From assembly GCA_963752475.1 (NCBI GenBank), contig CAVVYR010000008.1:160001-224000 (forward strand): a DNA stretch of 64,000 nucleotides. Direction: 5' to 3'. Source of the stretch: an uncultured Chloroflexia bacterium (GTDB lineage: Bacteria > Chloroflexota > Limnocylindria > Limnocylindrales > CSP1-4). Positions within the stretch are counted from its first letter, which is position 1. Every line of letters starts with the position of its first letter. Both the position numbers and the translations under genes were made by a program. Under the pieces are notes generated by a model. That model was not told the DNA's origin and searched no databases. It saw nothing but the letters and a program-made list of their open reading frames with translations. Of the stretch, positions 37,846 through 47,150 are shown one piece after another.

Positions 37846-37881
37846 AGAAAGCGATTTCGACGGGTACCGGTGTGCTAACGT
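37846..37881 (+). promoter_or_regulatory. LacI-type operator overlapping the ABC operon promoter
   Basis: AGAAAGCGATTTCG (37846-37859) fits the TGNAANCGNTTNCA core; extended -10 TGcTAACGT ends at 37881. Confidence 0.5.
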
Positions 37882-37943
37882 GCCCCCTCAAAGGAGGTCG
37901 GCTAGAGGGACGCCGCCGACCCAGTTGTGGAGGAACTCATCGG

Positions 37944-38978
37944 ATGACCCGTTTCAAGGTCGCAGGTTCAGTCGTGCTCTCCGGCGCATTGGTCGCCGGC
38001 TTCGCCGGCACCGCCGTGGCGCAGGAGGCGGAGGACGAGCTGGTCGTCCTGTGCACGCCGCAGGAGCAGTGGTGCGTACGCATGGTGGAGGAGTTCGAGA
38101 GCCAGACCGGCATCCCCACGAGCTACGTGCGCATGTCCTCGGGCGAGTCCCTGGCACGCCTACGGGCCGGGGCCGAGGCTCCCGAATTCGACGTCTGGTG
38201 GGGCGGCCCCGCCGACGGCCAGATCGCAGCCAACGAAGAAGGCCTCATCGAGCCGTACATCTCCCCCAACGCGGCCGTCGTGGCCGACGAGCAGAAGGAC
38301 GCGGACGGCGTCTGGACCGGCGTCTACGTCGGCGCTCTCGGTCTGTGTGTCAACACCAGCGTGGTCGAGGAACTCGGCATCGAGATGCCGGAGACCTGGG
38401 ACGACCTGCTGGACCCGGCGTATGAAGACAACATCGCCATGGCCCACCCCGCCAGCTCGGGCACGGCCTACACCACCTTCTTCACGCAGGTACTCCGCCT
38501 CGGCAGCGAAGAGGCCGCCATGGAGTACGCCAAGGCACTGCATCCGAACATCCTGCAGTACACCAAGTCCGGCTCGGCCTCGGGCCCGATGGCCGGCCGT
38601 GGTGAGATCGCCGTGTCGATCATCTTCAGCCACGACTGCATCGCCAACATCGACGAGGGCTACGAGGATCTCGCGGTCGTCTTCCCCGCAGACGGAACGG
38701 GCTACGAAATCGGTGCGGAGGCGCTCATCGCCAACGCGCCGCACCCGAACAATGCCAAGACCTGGATCGATTGGGCGTTGCAGGCTGATACGCAGTCGAT
38801 CGGCCCGGAGGTTCGCGCCTTCCAGCTGCCGACCAACCCGGAGGCTGAGGTCAGCGAGTTCGCAGTCGACATCTCGCAGGTCAACCTGGTCGACTACGAC
38901 TTCCAGGCCGCTGGTGAGGCACGCACGCGCTTGACTCAGCAGTTCGAGGACGAAGTCGCCGCTGCTCCCGAGGAGTAG
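37944..38978 (+). CDS. ABC substrate-binding protein, AfuA/FbpA family
   Basis: Signal peptide; DVWWGGP.D, MAHPASSGTAYT, QYTKSG, FSHD and GTGYEIG. Confidence 0.85.
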   Translation: MTRFKVAGSVVLSGALVAGFAGTAVAQEAEDELVVLCTPQEQWCVRMVEEFESQTGIPTSYVRMSSGESLARLRAGAEAPEFDVWWGGPADGQIAANEEGLIEPYISPNAAVVADEQKDADGVWTGVYVGALGLCVNTSVVEELGIEMPETWDDLLDPAYEDNIAMAHPASSGTAYTTFFTQVLRLGSEEAAMEYAKALHPNILQYTKSGSASGPMAGRGEIAVSIIFSHDCIANIDEGYEDLAVVFPADGTGYEIGAEALIANAPHPNNAKTWIDWALQADTQSIGPEVRAFQLPTNPEAEVSEFAVDISQVNLVDYDFQAAGEARTRLTQQFEDEVAAAPEE

Positions 38979-39085
38979 CCCGGCACTCGCGCTCACGAGC
39001 ATCGCCGCTACTGCTGTGCTCGTGAGCCCCAGCAGCACACGGGCGGGGTCGGGTCGAACCCGGCCTCGTCCTTCTACGTGAGCGC

Positions 39086-40915
39086 ATGACCGAGACCGCA
39101 CCCCGCCCCGAAGTCAAGGACGCCGCCCTCGGCCGCGCCCTGCCCGAGGGATTCCCGGACGACGAAGCCGGACCCAAGGGCGGCCGGCGCGCCTTCGACC
39201 CCATCGTCATCGCGGCCATCCTCGTGTCGGTCGCCTTCGTGCTCATCGCCATCGTCTACCCGGTGGGCTCGGTCATCCGCGAAGCGCTCTCACCCGACGC
39301 CATCCCCGTCTTCGAGCGCTATCTCACGACCGTCCAGAACGAGATCTTCGTCAACACCATGGTCCTGGGCCTGGCGGTGGCCAGCCTGGGCACGTTCATC
39401 GCCTTCATGTTCGCCTATGTCCAGGTTCGGGTGCCCAAGCCGCGCTGGGTCCAGATGCTCATCCACGTGATGGCGCTGCTACCCATCGTCAGCCCACCCT
39501 TCGCCCTGGCCGTGGCCACCATCAGCCTCTTCGGCCGTAGCGGCATCATCACGCGCGACATCCTGGGCCTCCGCGTCGACATCTACTCCTGGCCCGACGT
39601 GGCCATCCCCATCGTCGACATCCAGGTGCCACCGTTCGGTCTCACCGCGGTCATGGCCCTGACCTTCTTCCCCATCGCCTACATCATGCTCATGGGCATG
39701 ATGCGGGCCCTGGACCCGTCGCTGGGTGAAGCCGCCGCCAACCTCGGTGCCTCGAAGTGGCGGACCTTCCGCAAGGTGGAGCTGCCGCTGCTGGCGCCGG
39801 GTATCGCCTCGGCCTTCCTGCTGCTCTTCGTGGAGGCCCTCGCCGACCTGGGCAACCCGCTCGTGCTCGGCGGCGACTACTGGGTGCTGGCGAGCCGCAT
39901 GTACATCGCCATCATCGGCCAGTACGACCTGACAGCCGGCTCGGTGCTGGCGGTGATGCTGCTGGTGCCCGCGCTCATCGTCTACTTCGCGCACCGCTAC
40001 TTCGCCAACAAGGCCTCGGTGGTGTCGGTCTCGGGCAAGCCCAGCGGCAGACACTCCGAGATCAAGAGCCGCTGGGTCCGCTGGCTGCTGCTCGGCAGCG
40101 TGCTGGCGGTGGTGGCTCTGGTCATCGCGCTCTACGGCACCATCGTGCTCGGCTCCTTCACCAAGCTCCTCGGCGTCAACCACGAATTCACGCTCGAGCA
40201 TTGGCGGTCGATCCTGTTCGGCTACGGCACCAAGGCCGTGACCGACACAGTCACGCTGTCGGCCATCGCGACGCCGATAGCCGGCGTACTCGGTGTGGTC
40301 GTGGCCTTCCTGGTCGTGCGTCGCCGGTTCTTGGGTCGCGGCGCGCTCGACTTCGGCGTCATGCTCGGCATCGCCATCCCCGGCACCATCTTCGGCATCG
40401 GCTACCTGCTGGCCTTCAACACGCCCACAGAGATCGCCGGCTTCACCATCATCCCCAAGCTGACCGGTGGCGCGGCGATGCTGGGTGGCGCCATCGCCAT
40501 CGCCATGGTCTACGTGGTGCGCTCGGCCCCGGGTGGGTTGCGCACCGGCGTGGCCTCGCTCTCGCAGATCGATCCGACCATCGAGGAAGCGTCGACCTCA
40601 TTGGGCGCGAACCAGGCCACGACCTTCCGCCGCATCACGCTGCCGCTCATCCGACCCGCCTTCCTGGCCGGGCTCATCTACTCGTTCGCTCGATCGATGA
40701 CCGCCATCAGCGCCGTCATCTTCCTGACCACGCCCAAGGTGCGCGTCATGACCGCGCAGATCCTCAACGAAACGGAGAACGCGCGCTACGGCAACGCCTT
40801 CGCCTACTCCGTACTGCTCATCCTCATCGTGCTCGCTGCGATCGGCATCCTGTCGCTCGTGGTCGGGACACGCACAGGGGCTGAGCAGGCCAGCGAATCA
40901 GGAGGCACCCGATGA
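39086..40915 (+). CDS. ABC permease with two TM domains (AfuB/FbpB family)
   Basis: Two EAA loops (SLGEAAANLGA, IEEASTSLGA); SPPF; ADLGNP. Confidence 0.9.
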   Translation: MTETAPRPEVKDAALGRALPEGFPDDEAGPKGGRRAFDPIVIAAILVSVAFVLIAIVYPVGSVIREALSPDAIPVFERYLTTVQNEIFVNTMVLGLAVASLGTFIAFMFAYVQVRVPKPRWVQMLIHVMALLPIVSPPFALAVATISLFGRSGIITRDILGLRVDIYSWPDVAIPIVDIQVPPFGLTAVMALTFFPIAYIMLMGMMRALDPSLGEAAANLGASKWRTFRKVELPLLAPGIASAFLLLFVEALADLGNPLVLGGDYWVLASRMYIAIIGQYDLTAGSVLAVMLLVPALIVYFAHRYFANKASVVSVSGKPSGRHSEIKSRWVRWLLLGSVLAVVALVIALYGTIVLGSFTKLLGVNHEFTLEHWRSILFGYGTKAVTDTVTLSAIATPIAGVLGVVVAFLVVRRRFLGRGALDFGVMLGIAIPGTIFGIGYLLAFNTPTEIAGFTIIPKLTGGAAMLGGAIAIAMVYVVRSAPGGLRTGVASLSQIDPTIEEASTSLGANQATTFRRITLPLIRPAFLAGLIYSFARSMTAISAVIFLTTPKVRVMTAQILNETENARYGNAFAYSVLLILIVLAAIGILSLVVGTRTGAEQASESGGTR

Positions 40916-42051
40916 CAGCCACGGCCCAGACCCGACGCGACGCGAGCGCGCCCGCGACCGTCCTGCTCGACCGGCTGTCCAAGCACTTCAAGTCGCCCGA
41001 GGGATCGATCATCAAGGCCGTCGACGACATCACCATCGAGCTCGCCGGTGGCAGCTTCGTGACGCTGCTGGGGCCTTCGGGCTGTGGCAAGACCACCACG
41101 CTGCGCATGATCGCCGGGTTCGAAGTCCCGACCACCGGACGCATCATGGTCGACGACCGTGACATCGCCCGGCTCACGCCGGACAAGCGCGGCATGGGCA
41201 TGGTCTTCCAGTCGTACGCCCTCTTCCCGCACCTCACGGTGCATGACAACGTGGCCTTCGGCGTGCAGCTGCAGGGCAAGAAGGGCAAGGATCTGGAACA
41301 GGCCGTCGAGAACGCCCTGGACCTGGTCAACCTCCACGGTCTCGGCGGGCGCAAGATCGCCGAGCTCTCCGGCGGCCAGCAGCAGCGCGTGGCACTGGCG
41401 CGGGCCATGGCCATCGAACCTCGCGTGCTGCTCTTCGACGAGCCACTCTCCAACCTCGACGCCAAGCTCCGAGTCTCGTTGCGCTCGGAGATCCGCCGCA
41501 TCCAGCGGGCCCTGGGCACGACATCGGTGTACGTCACGCACGACCAGGCCGAGGCCATGGCGCTATCGGATGTCGTGGTCGTCATGAACGCCGGCCAGAT
41601 CGAGCAGGCCGGAGCGCCAGATGAGATCTATCGCCGGCCGGCATCGCGCTTCGTGGCCGACTTCATCGGCCGAGCCAACTTCCTGAGCGGCGAGGTCCTT
41701 GCGGTCGACGGCGACAACGTCGAAGTCTCCCTTCTGGGAACGAACCTGACCATCCCCGCCGGCGAGGGCCACAAGCCCGGTGGTACGGCCGTCGTCGTGA
41801 CTCGGCCCGAGTCGGTGCGCATCGCTGAGGGCGAGCTGCGTGCCAAGGTCAAGGGCAGCACCTTCCTCGGCTCCTACGTCGAATACGAGCTCGAGCTGGG
41901 CGATGGACAGGACAACATGCTCGCGGTCGACGCCGAGTGGATGTCGCACGGTCTCCACCAGCCAGGCGATGACATCGCCTGGGCGCTGTTCCCTGAGCGA
42001 ACGTACGCCCTCCCGGCCGGCGCCGAGCACGAGGTCATCGCGAAGGAGTAG
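40912..42051 (+). CDS. ABC ATP-binding protein (AfuC/FbpC/PotA family)
   Basis: GPSGCGKTT, LSGGQQQR, FDEPLSNLD; TOBE tail. Confidence 0.93.
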   Translation: MTATAQTRRDASAPATVLLDRLSKHFKSPEGSIIKAVDDITIELAGGSFVTLLGPSGCGKTTTLRMIAGFEVPTTGRIMVDDRDIARLTPDKRGMGMVFQSYALFPHLTVHDNVAFGVQLQGKKGKDLEQAVENALDLVNLHGLGGRKIAELSGGQQQRVALARAMAIEPRVLLFDEPLSNLDAKLRVSLRSEIRRIQRALGTTSVYVTHDQAEAMALSDVVVVMNAGQIEQAGAPDEIYRRPASRFVADFIGRANFLSGEVLAVDGDNVEVSLLGTNLTIPAGEGHKPGGTAVVVTRPESVRIAEGELRAKVKGSTFLGSYVEYELELGDGQDNMLAVDAEWMSHGLHQPGDDIAWALFPERTYALPAGAEHEVIAKE

Positions 42052-42055
42052 CCGC

Positions 42056-42541
42056 TCAGATCGGCTCGGCCCACTCCTTGAGGCGCTGGGCCCACTCCTC
42101 GACCAGGGCGGTGTAGATCGGGCGCTTGACCTCCCACATCCCCTCCGCCAGCTCGGCCAGGTCCATCCAGCGGAACGCCTTGAACTCCTGACGCTCGCCC
42201 TTGGGCGGGGTCAGGTCGATGTCATCGTCGGTACCCAGGAAGCGGAAGAGGAACCACCGCTGCACCTGCCCCCGGTTGCGCTTGTCGCGGCGACGGGCAG
42301 GCGGTAGCTCGTACGCCAGCCACTCGGGGTGCTCGGCCGACAGCTCGACGTGCTCGGGCCGCAGGCCCGTCTCCTCCTGCAGCTCGCGCAGCGCGGCCTC
42401 GGCCGGCTCCTCGCCCACGTTGAGGCCGCCCTGTGGCATCTGCCAGCGGTCTGGCTGATCGATACGCTCGAGCGCGAGCACCAGCCCATCAGCACGAGCG
42501 ACGGCGATGCCCACGTTGGCGCGGAAGGTCTGACTGGTCAT
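42056..42541 (-). CDS. rppH: RNA pyrophosphohydrolase (Nudix)
   Basis: FRANVG, WQMPQGG.N.GE...AALRELQEETGL Nudix box, and GQ.Q.WF. Confidence 0.85.
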   Translation of the reverse strand: MTSQTFRANVGIAVARADGLVLALERIDQPDRWQMPQGGLNVGEEPAEAALRELQEETGLRPEHVELSAEHPEWLAYELPPARRRDKRNRGQVQRWFLFRFLGTDDDIDLTPPKGERQEFKAFRWMDLAELAEGMWEVKRPIYTALVEEWAQRLKEWAEPI

Positions 42542-42630
42542 GGCCGCCCTACTCTACTGGCGCACCGACGCCTTCGCGAGCCTCGAACGACGCGGAGCAT
42601 CGGAATGGACCGCAACGGAGGGAGGCTTGG

Positions 42631-43343
42631 ATGATCGAGGAAGCGCTGCTGGTGACCCAGGTGGGCATGTTCCTGTTCATCGTGGCCGGCATGGCCGCGA
42701 TGGGCCTGAGCCTGACCGTGCCACGCATCGTGGAGCCGCTACGCGACCTGCGCATGGTGGGGCTGCTGATGGTGGTGACCGTGGTCTATGCCCCGATCGT
42801 GGTGCCCCTCGTGGTCGAGGGCGCGACCGTCGAGGCCTGGGACATCGCCAGCTCGCTCATCGTGCTCATGCTCATCCCGCTCGGCGCGGGCCTCTTCGTC
42901 AAGGCGCGCTACGAGGAGTTCGCCGACAGCATCGTGGGCCAGGCAGGCCAGATCTCGAGCACCGGCCTGATGGTCGGCATCGTGGCCGCCCTGCTCGTCT
43001 CCTGGCAGGACGTCTTCGGCGCCATCGGTTCGTGGGTCTTCATCGGCGTCGCCATCGTGCTCGTGGCCGCCCTGGTTGTCGGCTACATCTGCGGGGTCGG
43101 GCGCTCACAGAACGACATGATCGTGCTGGCCTGGCCACCGCGCAGCGCAACATCACGGCCGCGCTGGTGATCGCGGCCTCGCTCAGCGGCGACGTCGTGG
43201 TACTCACCATGGTCGGCGCCCTGGTCATCCCCGTCGTCCTCATCGTCCTTGCGGGTGAGCTGGGCAAGCGCTTCGGCTCGGCCGATGGTGAGCGAGGCCA
43301 AGCGCTCGGGCCGAAGGCGGTGTACCCTCGCCCTCTGCCCTAG
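42631..43343 (+). pseudogene. Bile acid:sodium symporter (BASS) family, with apparent internal deletion and a frameshift near 43128
   Basis: AMGLSLTV..IVEPLR joins directly to LLMVVTVVYAP; the LATAQRN.TAALV motif lies in another frame. Confidence 0.7.
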
Positions 43344-43369
43344 TCGTCAAGAGCAGGGGGTATCACCTG

Positions 43370-44569
43370 GTGATCAACAACCGTCTTCTCAGCTCCGTCG
43401 TCGCCGCCGGCATGCTCCTCACGCTACCCGGCCCGGCCCTGGCACAGGAGCCCATCGAACTCGAATACACCGACTGGTCACTCGTGAGCTACTACGACGA
43501 GGAGGCCGGCGAGACCGCTCCGGTGCCCTTCGAGGTCAACGCCACGCTGCGCCTCGAGGATGGCACGGCCTCCGGGTCGGGCGGCTGCAATCGGTTCAGC
43601 GGCTTCTACGACCTCGACGGCAGCACCATCGAGTTCGGCGAGGAGATGTCGGTCACGCTCGCGTTCTGCGAGGGCCCGGCACAGGACGTGGAGGATGCCT
43701 ACCTGGCCAACCTCGGCAGCGTCGGTGGTTGGGCCATCGACGGGGAGCAGCTCGAGCTCTACGACAACCTTGGCGACCTGGCGCTCACCTTCGAGCTGCC
43801 CAGCATCGCCTGGACGCCCACGCAGCTGGCTACCCTGCTGGCCGCTCTGAGCGATCTCCGGAGCGAGATCGACACGCTGCGCACGGACACCGACAAGCTC
43901 AACGTGCCCACGCTCCGCCAGCGCATCAAGGCGCTCGAAGCGGAGAACAGGAAGATCACCAAGAGTCTGACCCAGCTGGAGGACTCCCCCAAGGTCGATC
44001 AGGCGCCGAACACCCAGACGACCTCGTTCAACGCCTCCGAGAAGGTCCTGCTCGAGGGCATCCCTACGCGCATCAGCAACTACTGCAGCCCGTTGCGCAC
44101 GGCGCTGCCCAAGGGCACGCGGGCCGCGGTCACTTGCCGCCCCAACACCAAGACGGTCTCGTCGGTCGACTACTACCTGCTCGACGGCAGCCGGGCCATG
44201 ACCGAGTTCGGCTCGGTGATGTCGAACTACAACGTGCCCGACACCTCGGCCGGCGGCCAGACCTGCGCCGACGGCACCAAGTCCCAGAGCATCTATCTCG
44301 GCGGCTGGCAGGCGCAGGGCTGCTACCGAGAGAACAAGACCGCCCAGCTGCGCTTCGTTGACAACGCCACCGACTGCAAGAAGCTCAAGGTCGGCGGCAA
44401 GACGCTCGGCAGCCCGGCCTTCTATGTCGCCATCCAGGGCGCCGACAACAACGTCGCCAAGGTCTACGACTGGGCCACCAGGGGCCTCCAGGAAGGCGTC
44501 GGTCAGGTGACCTCCATCACGCAGCCGATCCCCTCGAACGCGCGCGCCTCGCCTGCTTGCGCCACCTGA
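43370..44569 (+). CDS. Secreted META-domain protein with coiled coil and Cys-rich C-terminal domain
   Basis: Signal peptide ending ALAQ; GSGGCNRF.G.Y...TLAFC; heptad segment; six cysteines in the C-terminal region. Confidence 0.85.
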   Translation: MINNRLLSSVVAAGMLLTLPGPALAQEPIELEYTDWSLVSYYDEEAGETAPVPFEVNATLRLEDGTASGSGGCNRFSGFYDLDGSTIEFGEEMSVTLAFCEGPAQDVEDAYLANLGSVGGWAIDGEQLELYDNLGDLALTFELPSIAWTPTQLATLLAALSDLRSEIDTLRTDTDKLNVPTLRQRIKALEAENRKITKSLTQLEDSPKVDQAPNTQTTSFNASEKVLLEGIPTRISNYCSPLRTALPKGTRAAVTCRPNTKTVSSVDYYLLDGSRAMTEFGSVMSNYNVPDTSAGGQTCADGTKSQSIYLGGWQAQGCYRENKTAQLRFVDNATDCKKLKVGGKTLGSPAFYVAIQGADNNVAKVYDWATRGLQEGVGQVTSITQPIPSNARASPACAT

Positions 44570-44624
44570 CCGGCACTTGCACGGCGGTCTACCGTTGACC
44601 CTTACCACGGGGAGGATCGACGAC

Positions 44625-45490
44625 ATGGCCAGCAAGAATGCCAAGACCGACAAATCCAGGAAGCCGAAGGCCAAGAAGGCAGCAGGGTTGAGGCAGCACC
44701 CGAGAAGCCCAGGGGCATCCCGAAGAAGTTCTACGAACAGGAGCTGGCCAAGCTCCAGATCGAGCTGGTCAAGCTGCAGGAGTGGATCCGCGCGCGCGGC
44801 CTGAAGGTGGTGGTCCTCTTCGAGGGCCGCGACGCCGCCGGCAAGGGCGGCGTCATCAAGCGCATCACCCAGAGCCTCAACCCGCGCGTCTGCCGCGTCG
44901 TCGCCCTGCCCGCGCCCACCGAGCGCGAGAAGACGCAGTGGTACTTCCAGCGCTACGTGCCGCACCTGCCGGCGGCCGGCGAGATGGTGCTCTTCGACCG
45001 CAGCTGGTACAACCGCGCCGGCGTCGAGCGCGTCATGGGCTTCTGCACCGAGGAGGAGTACCAGGAGTTCTTGCGCTCCTGCCCCGAGTTCGAGCGCATG
45101 CTCGTGCGCTCGGGCATCATCCTCATCAAGTACTGGTTCTCGGTCAGCGACGAGGAGCAGGAGCGCCGCTTCCAGGCGCGCATCGACGACCCCACCAAGC
45201 GCTGGAAGCTCAGCCCGATGGACCTGCGAGTCGCGCGCCCGCTGGGTCGAGTACTCCAAGGCCAAGGACGAGATGTTCGCGCCACACCGACATCAAGCAG
45301 GCGCCCTGGTACGTGGTCAACGCCGACAGCAAGACGCCGCGCCCGCCTCAACTGCATCAGCCACCTGCTGTCGCTGATCCCCTACGAGGACCTGACGCCC
45401 GAGCCCATCGAGCTGCCGCCGCGCCAGCCGGACAAGGGCTACGTGCGCCCGCCGATCGACGACCAGACCTTCATCCCCGAGCCCTACTAG
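44625..45490 (+). CDS. ppk2: Polyphosphate kinase 2 (indels near 44686, 45227, 45282 and 45334)
   Basis: YEQEL.KLQIELVKLQ.W, FEGRDAAGKGG, FDRSWYNR and WKLSPMD; the segments SRARW.EYS.AKDEMF and TD...APWYVV lie in shifted frames. Confidence 0.9.
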
Positions 45491-45493
45491 GCC

Positions 45494-46423
45494 GTGCCCA
45501 GCTCGCCTCGTCGTCATCAACCCACACGCCTCGAAATCCCGAGACGCAACCACGCTGGCGGCGCTGACCGAGCGCCTCGGCGAGGTGCTGGCCGAGCGCG
45601 ACGGCGCCGAGCCGCGGCTGGTCGAGACGGCCGAGGCCAGCGAAGTAGCGCCGGTGGCCAGGAGGCGCTCGACGAGCGGTGTGGCCTCGGTCGTGGGTGT
45701 CGGCGGTGACGGCACAATGCGCGAGATCGCGGGGGTGCTCGCCGGCACGGACGTGCCGCTGGGGGTCATCCCTGCCGGCACCGGCAACCAGGTGGCCGCG
45801 GCGCTCGCTATCCCGCTCGCGCCACTGAAGGCGGCCGATGTCTCGCGAACGCCGTCGCGCGCATGATCGACCTCGGAGAGGTGAGCGACCGGGTGGACGG
45901 CAGGACGGAGACCTCGATGTGCCTCATCGGCTGCGGGGCCGGTTTCGACGCCCAGCTCATGGCCACGACTCGAATGGACTCAAGCGCTGCATCGGGACGG
46001 TAGCCTACTTCGTCCAGGGGGCACGGCTGATGTTGCGCTACAGCGACGCCCTGCCGCGTGACCGTCGACGAGGTAGACTTTCGAGACGGGCGCCACCATC
46101 GTGCTCATCGGCAACATGGGTCAGCTCGTGCCGGGCCGGCTGGACCTGCGGCTGCCGCTCGACCCGTCCGACGGCCTGCTGGAGGTCATCGTGGTGGGCG
46201 CCGTCGGGCCCGGTCAGCGGCCTGCGTGGCCTGCAGGACCAGCTGCGACGCACCCAGCTCGGTGGCGGGGCGGAGATGCCAGCATCCGCCTGCGCGGCAG
46301 ATCGATCGAGATCGAGCCGCTGAGCCCATGCCGCTACAGGTCGACGGCGACTATGTCGGCGAGGGCGGCCTCCACGCTCGCGTCCGTCCAGCCGCACTGC
46401 GAGTGCTGGTGCCTACCGCCTGA
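45494..46423 (+). CDS. Diacylglycerol kinase (YegS/DAGK) family protein, multiply frameshifted
   Basis: VVINP, GVGGDGT, IPAGTGN, GAGFDA, GNMG, DGLLEV and QVDGD motifs are spread across reading frames. Confidence 0.8.
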
Positions 46424-46435
46424 GTCTTCGGTTCG

Positions 46436-47029
46436 TCACGCAGGCTCCCCCTCTTCGGCCCCGCCCCTGGACAGCTCCAGGGACTCCGCCAGCGCCAGCC
46501 AGCCGTCGTCGGCTGGCTCGTCAGCCACGCACTGCAGCTGATAGTGATCGTCACCACTCGCCAGCAGGTAGACCGTGGTGTAGGCCGCGCTGGGCTCGTT
46601 GTGGATGTCGAAGCGATAGGCCTCGCCCGCGGGTAGCTCGACCTCCGTCACCTCGATCGGCCGCTCCACGTCGCTGTGGCTGGGCGTCATCAGTGCTTCG
46701 TAGCGCTCGGCATGTGCATCCAGAGCGAGTGGGTAGCTGGGATACCAGGTCAGGTCGCACCAGCTGCCGCTGCCGTCGCTGGCGTAGATGACCTTCCAGA
46801 ACGGGACCGGCTCTTCGGCAAAGCCCTCGTCGTAGAGGCCCCAGTCCTCCTTCTGGCGCATCTCGATGTCGGCGGACCAAGCCGCCGGCACGGAGAGCGC
46901 CACGCCAGCCTCGGGGACGGGGATCCGCTGGGTTTCACCTCCCTCGGTCGCGTCGTCCTGCGCGACCACCACAGCAACCTGACCGACGAGCAAGCCGGTC
47001 AACAGCAAAGACATGCAGCCACGTCGCAT
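46436..47029 (-). CDS. Secreted protein with one two-cysteine module (paralog of 21733-22699)
   Basis: Signal peptide ending VAQ; AGVALSVP..W, ELPAG.A.R.DI and LQC..D....WL.LAESLE. Confidence 0.8.
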   Translation of the reverse strand: MRRGCMSLLLTGLLVGQVAVVVAQDDATEGGETQRIPVPEAGVALSVPAAWSADIEMRQKEDWGLYDEGFAEEPVPFWKVIYASDGSGSWCDLTWYPSYPLALDAHAERYEALMTPSHSDVERPIEVTEVELPAGEAYRFDIHNEPSAAYTTVYLLASGDDHYQLQCVADEPADDGWLALAESLELSRGGAEEGEPA

Positions 47030-47091
47030 CGCTCTTCCCCCCTATACGTTTCGGCCCATCGTCGACCCCCGACAGAGGGCCGTCAATACCG

Positions 47092-47130
47092 AAGAAGCGC
47101 CGGGGCCCTCGATGGACCCCGGCGCTTCTT
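47092..47130 (-). terminator. Intrinsic terminator of the VIT-vWA gene
   Basis: 14-bp stem AAGAAGCGCCGGGG / CCCCGGCGCTTCTT. Confidence 0.75.
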
Positions 47131-47150
47131 GTGTGCTGCTGGTTCGGGGA

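Noticed and set aside
38991-39072. ncRNA between the AfuA-like and permease genes
   Set aside because: Two short hairpins after a binding-protein gene are adequately explained as ordinary mRNA-stabilising structures.
44625-46423. Programmed ribosomal frameshifting in ppk2 or DAGK
   Set aside because: There are too many shifts, no slippery heptamers, and the same pattern affects unrelated neighbouring genes.
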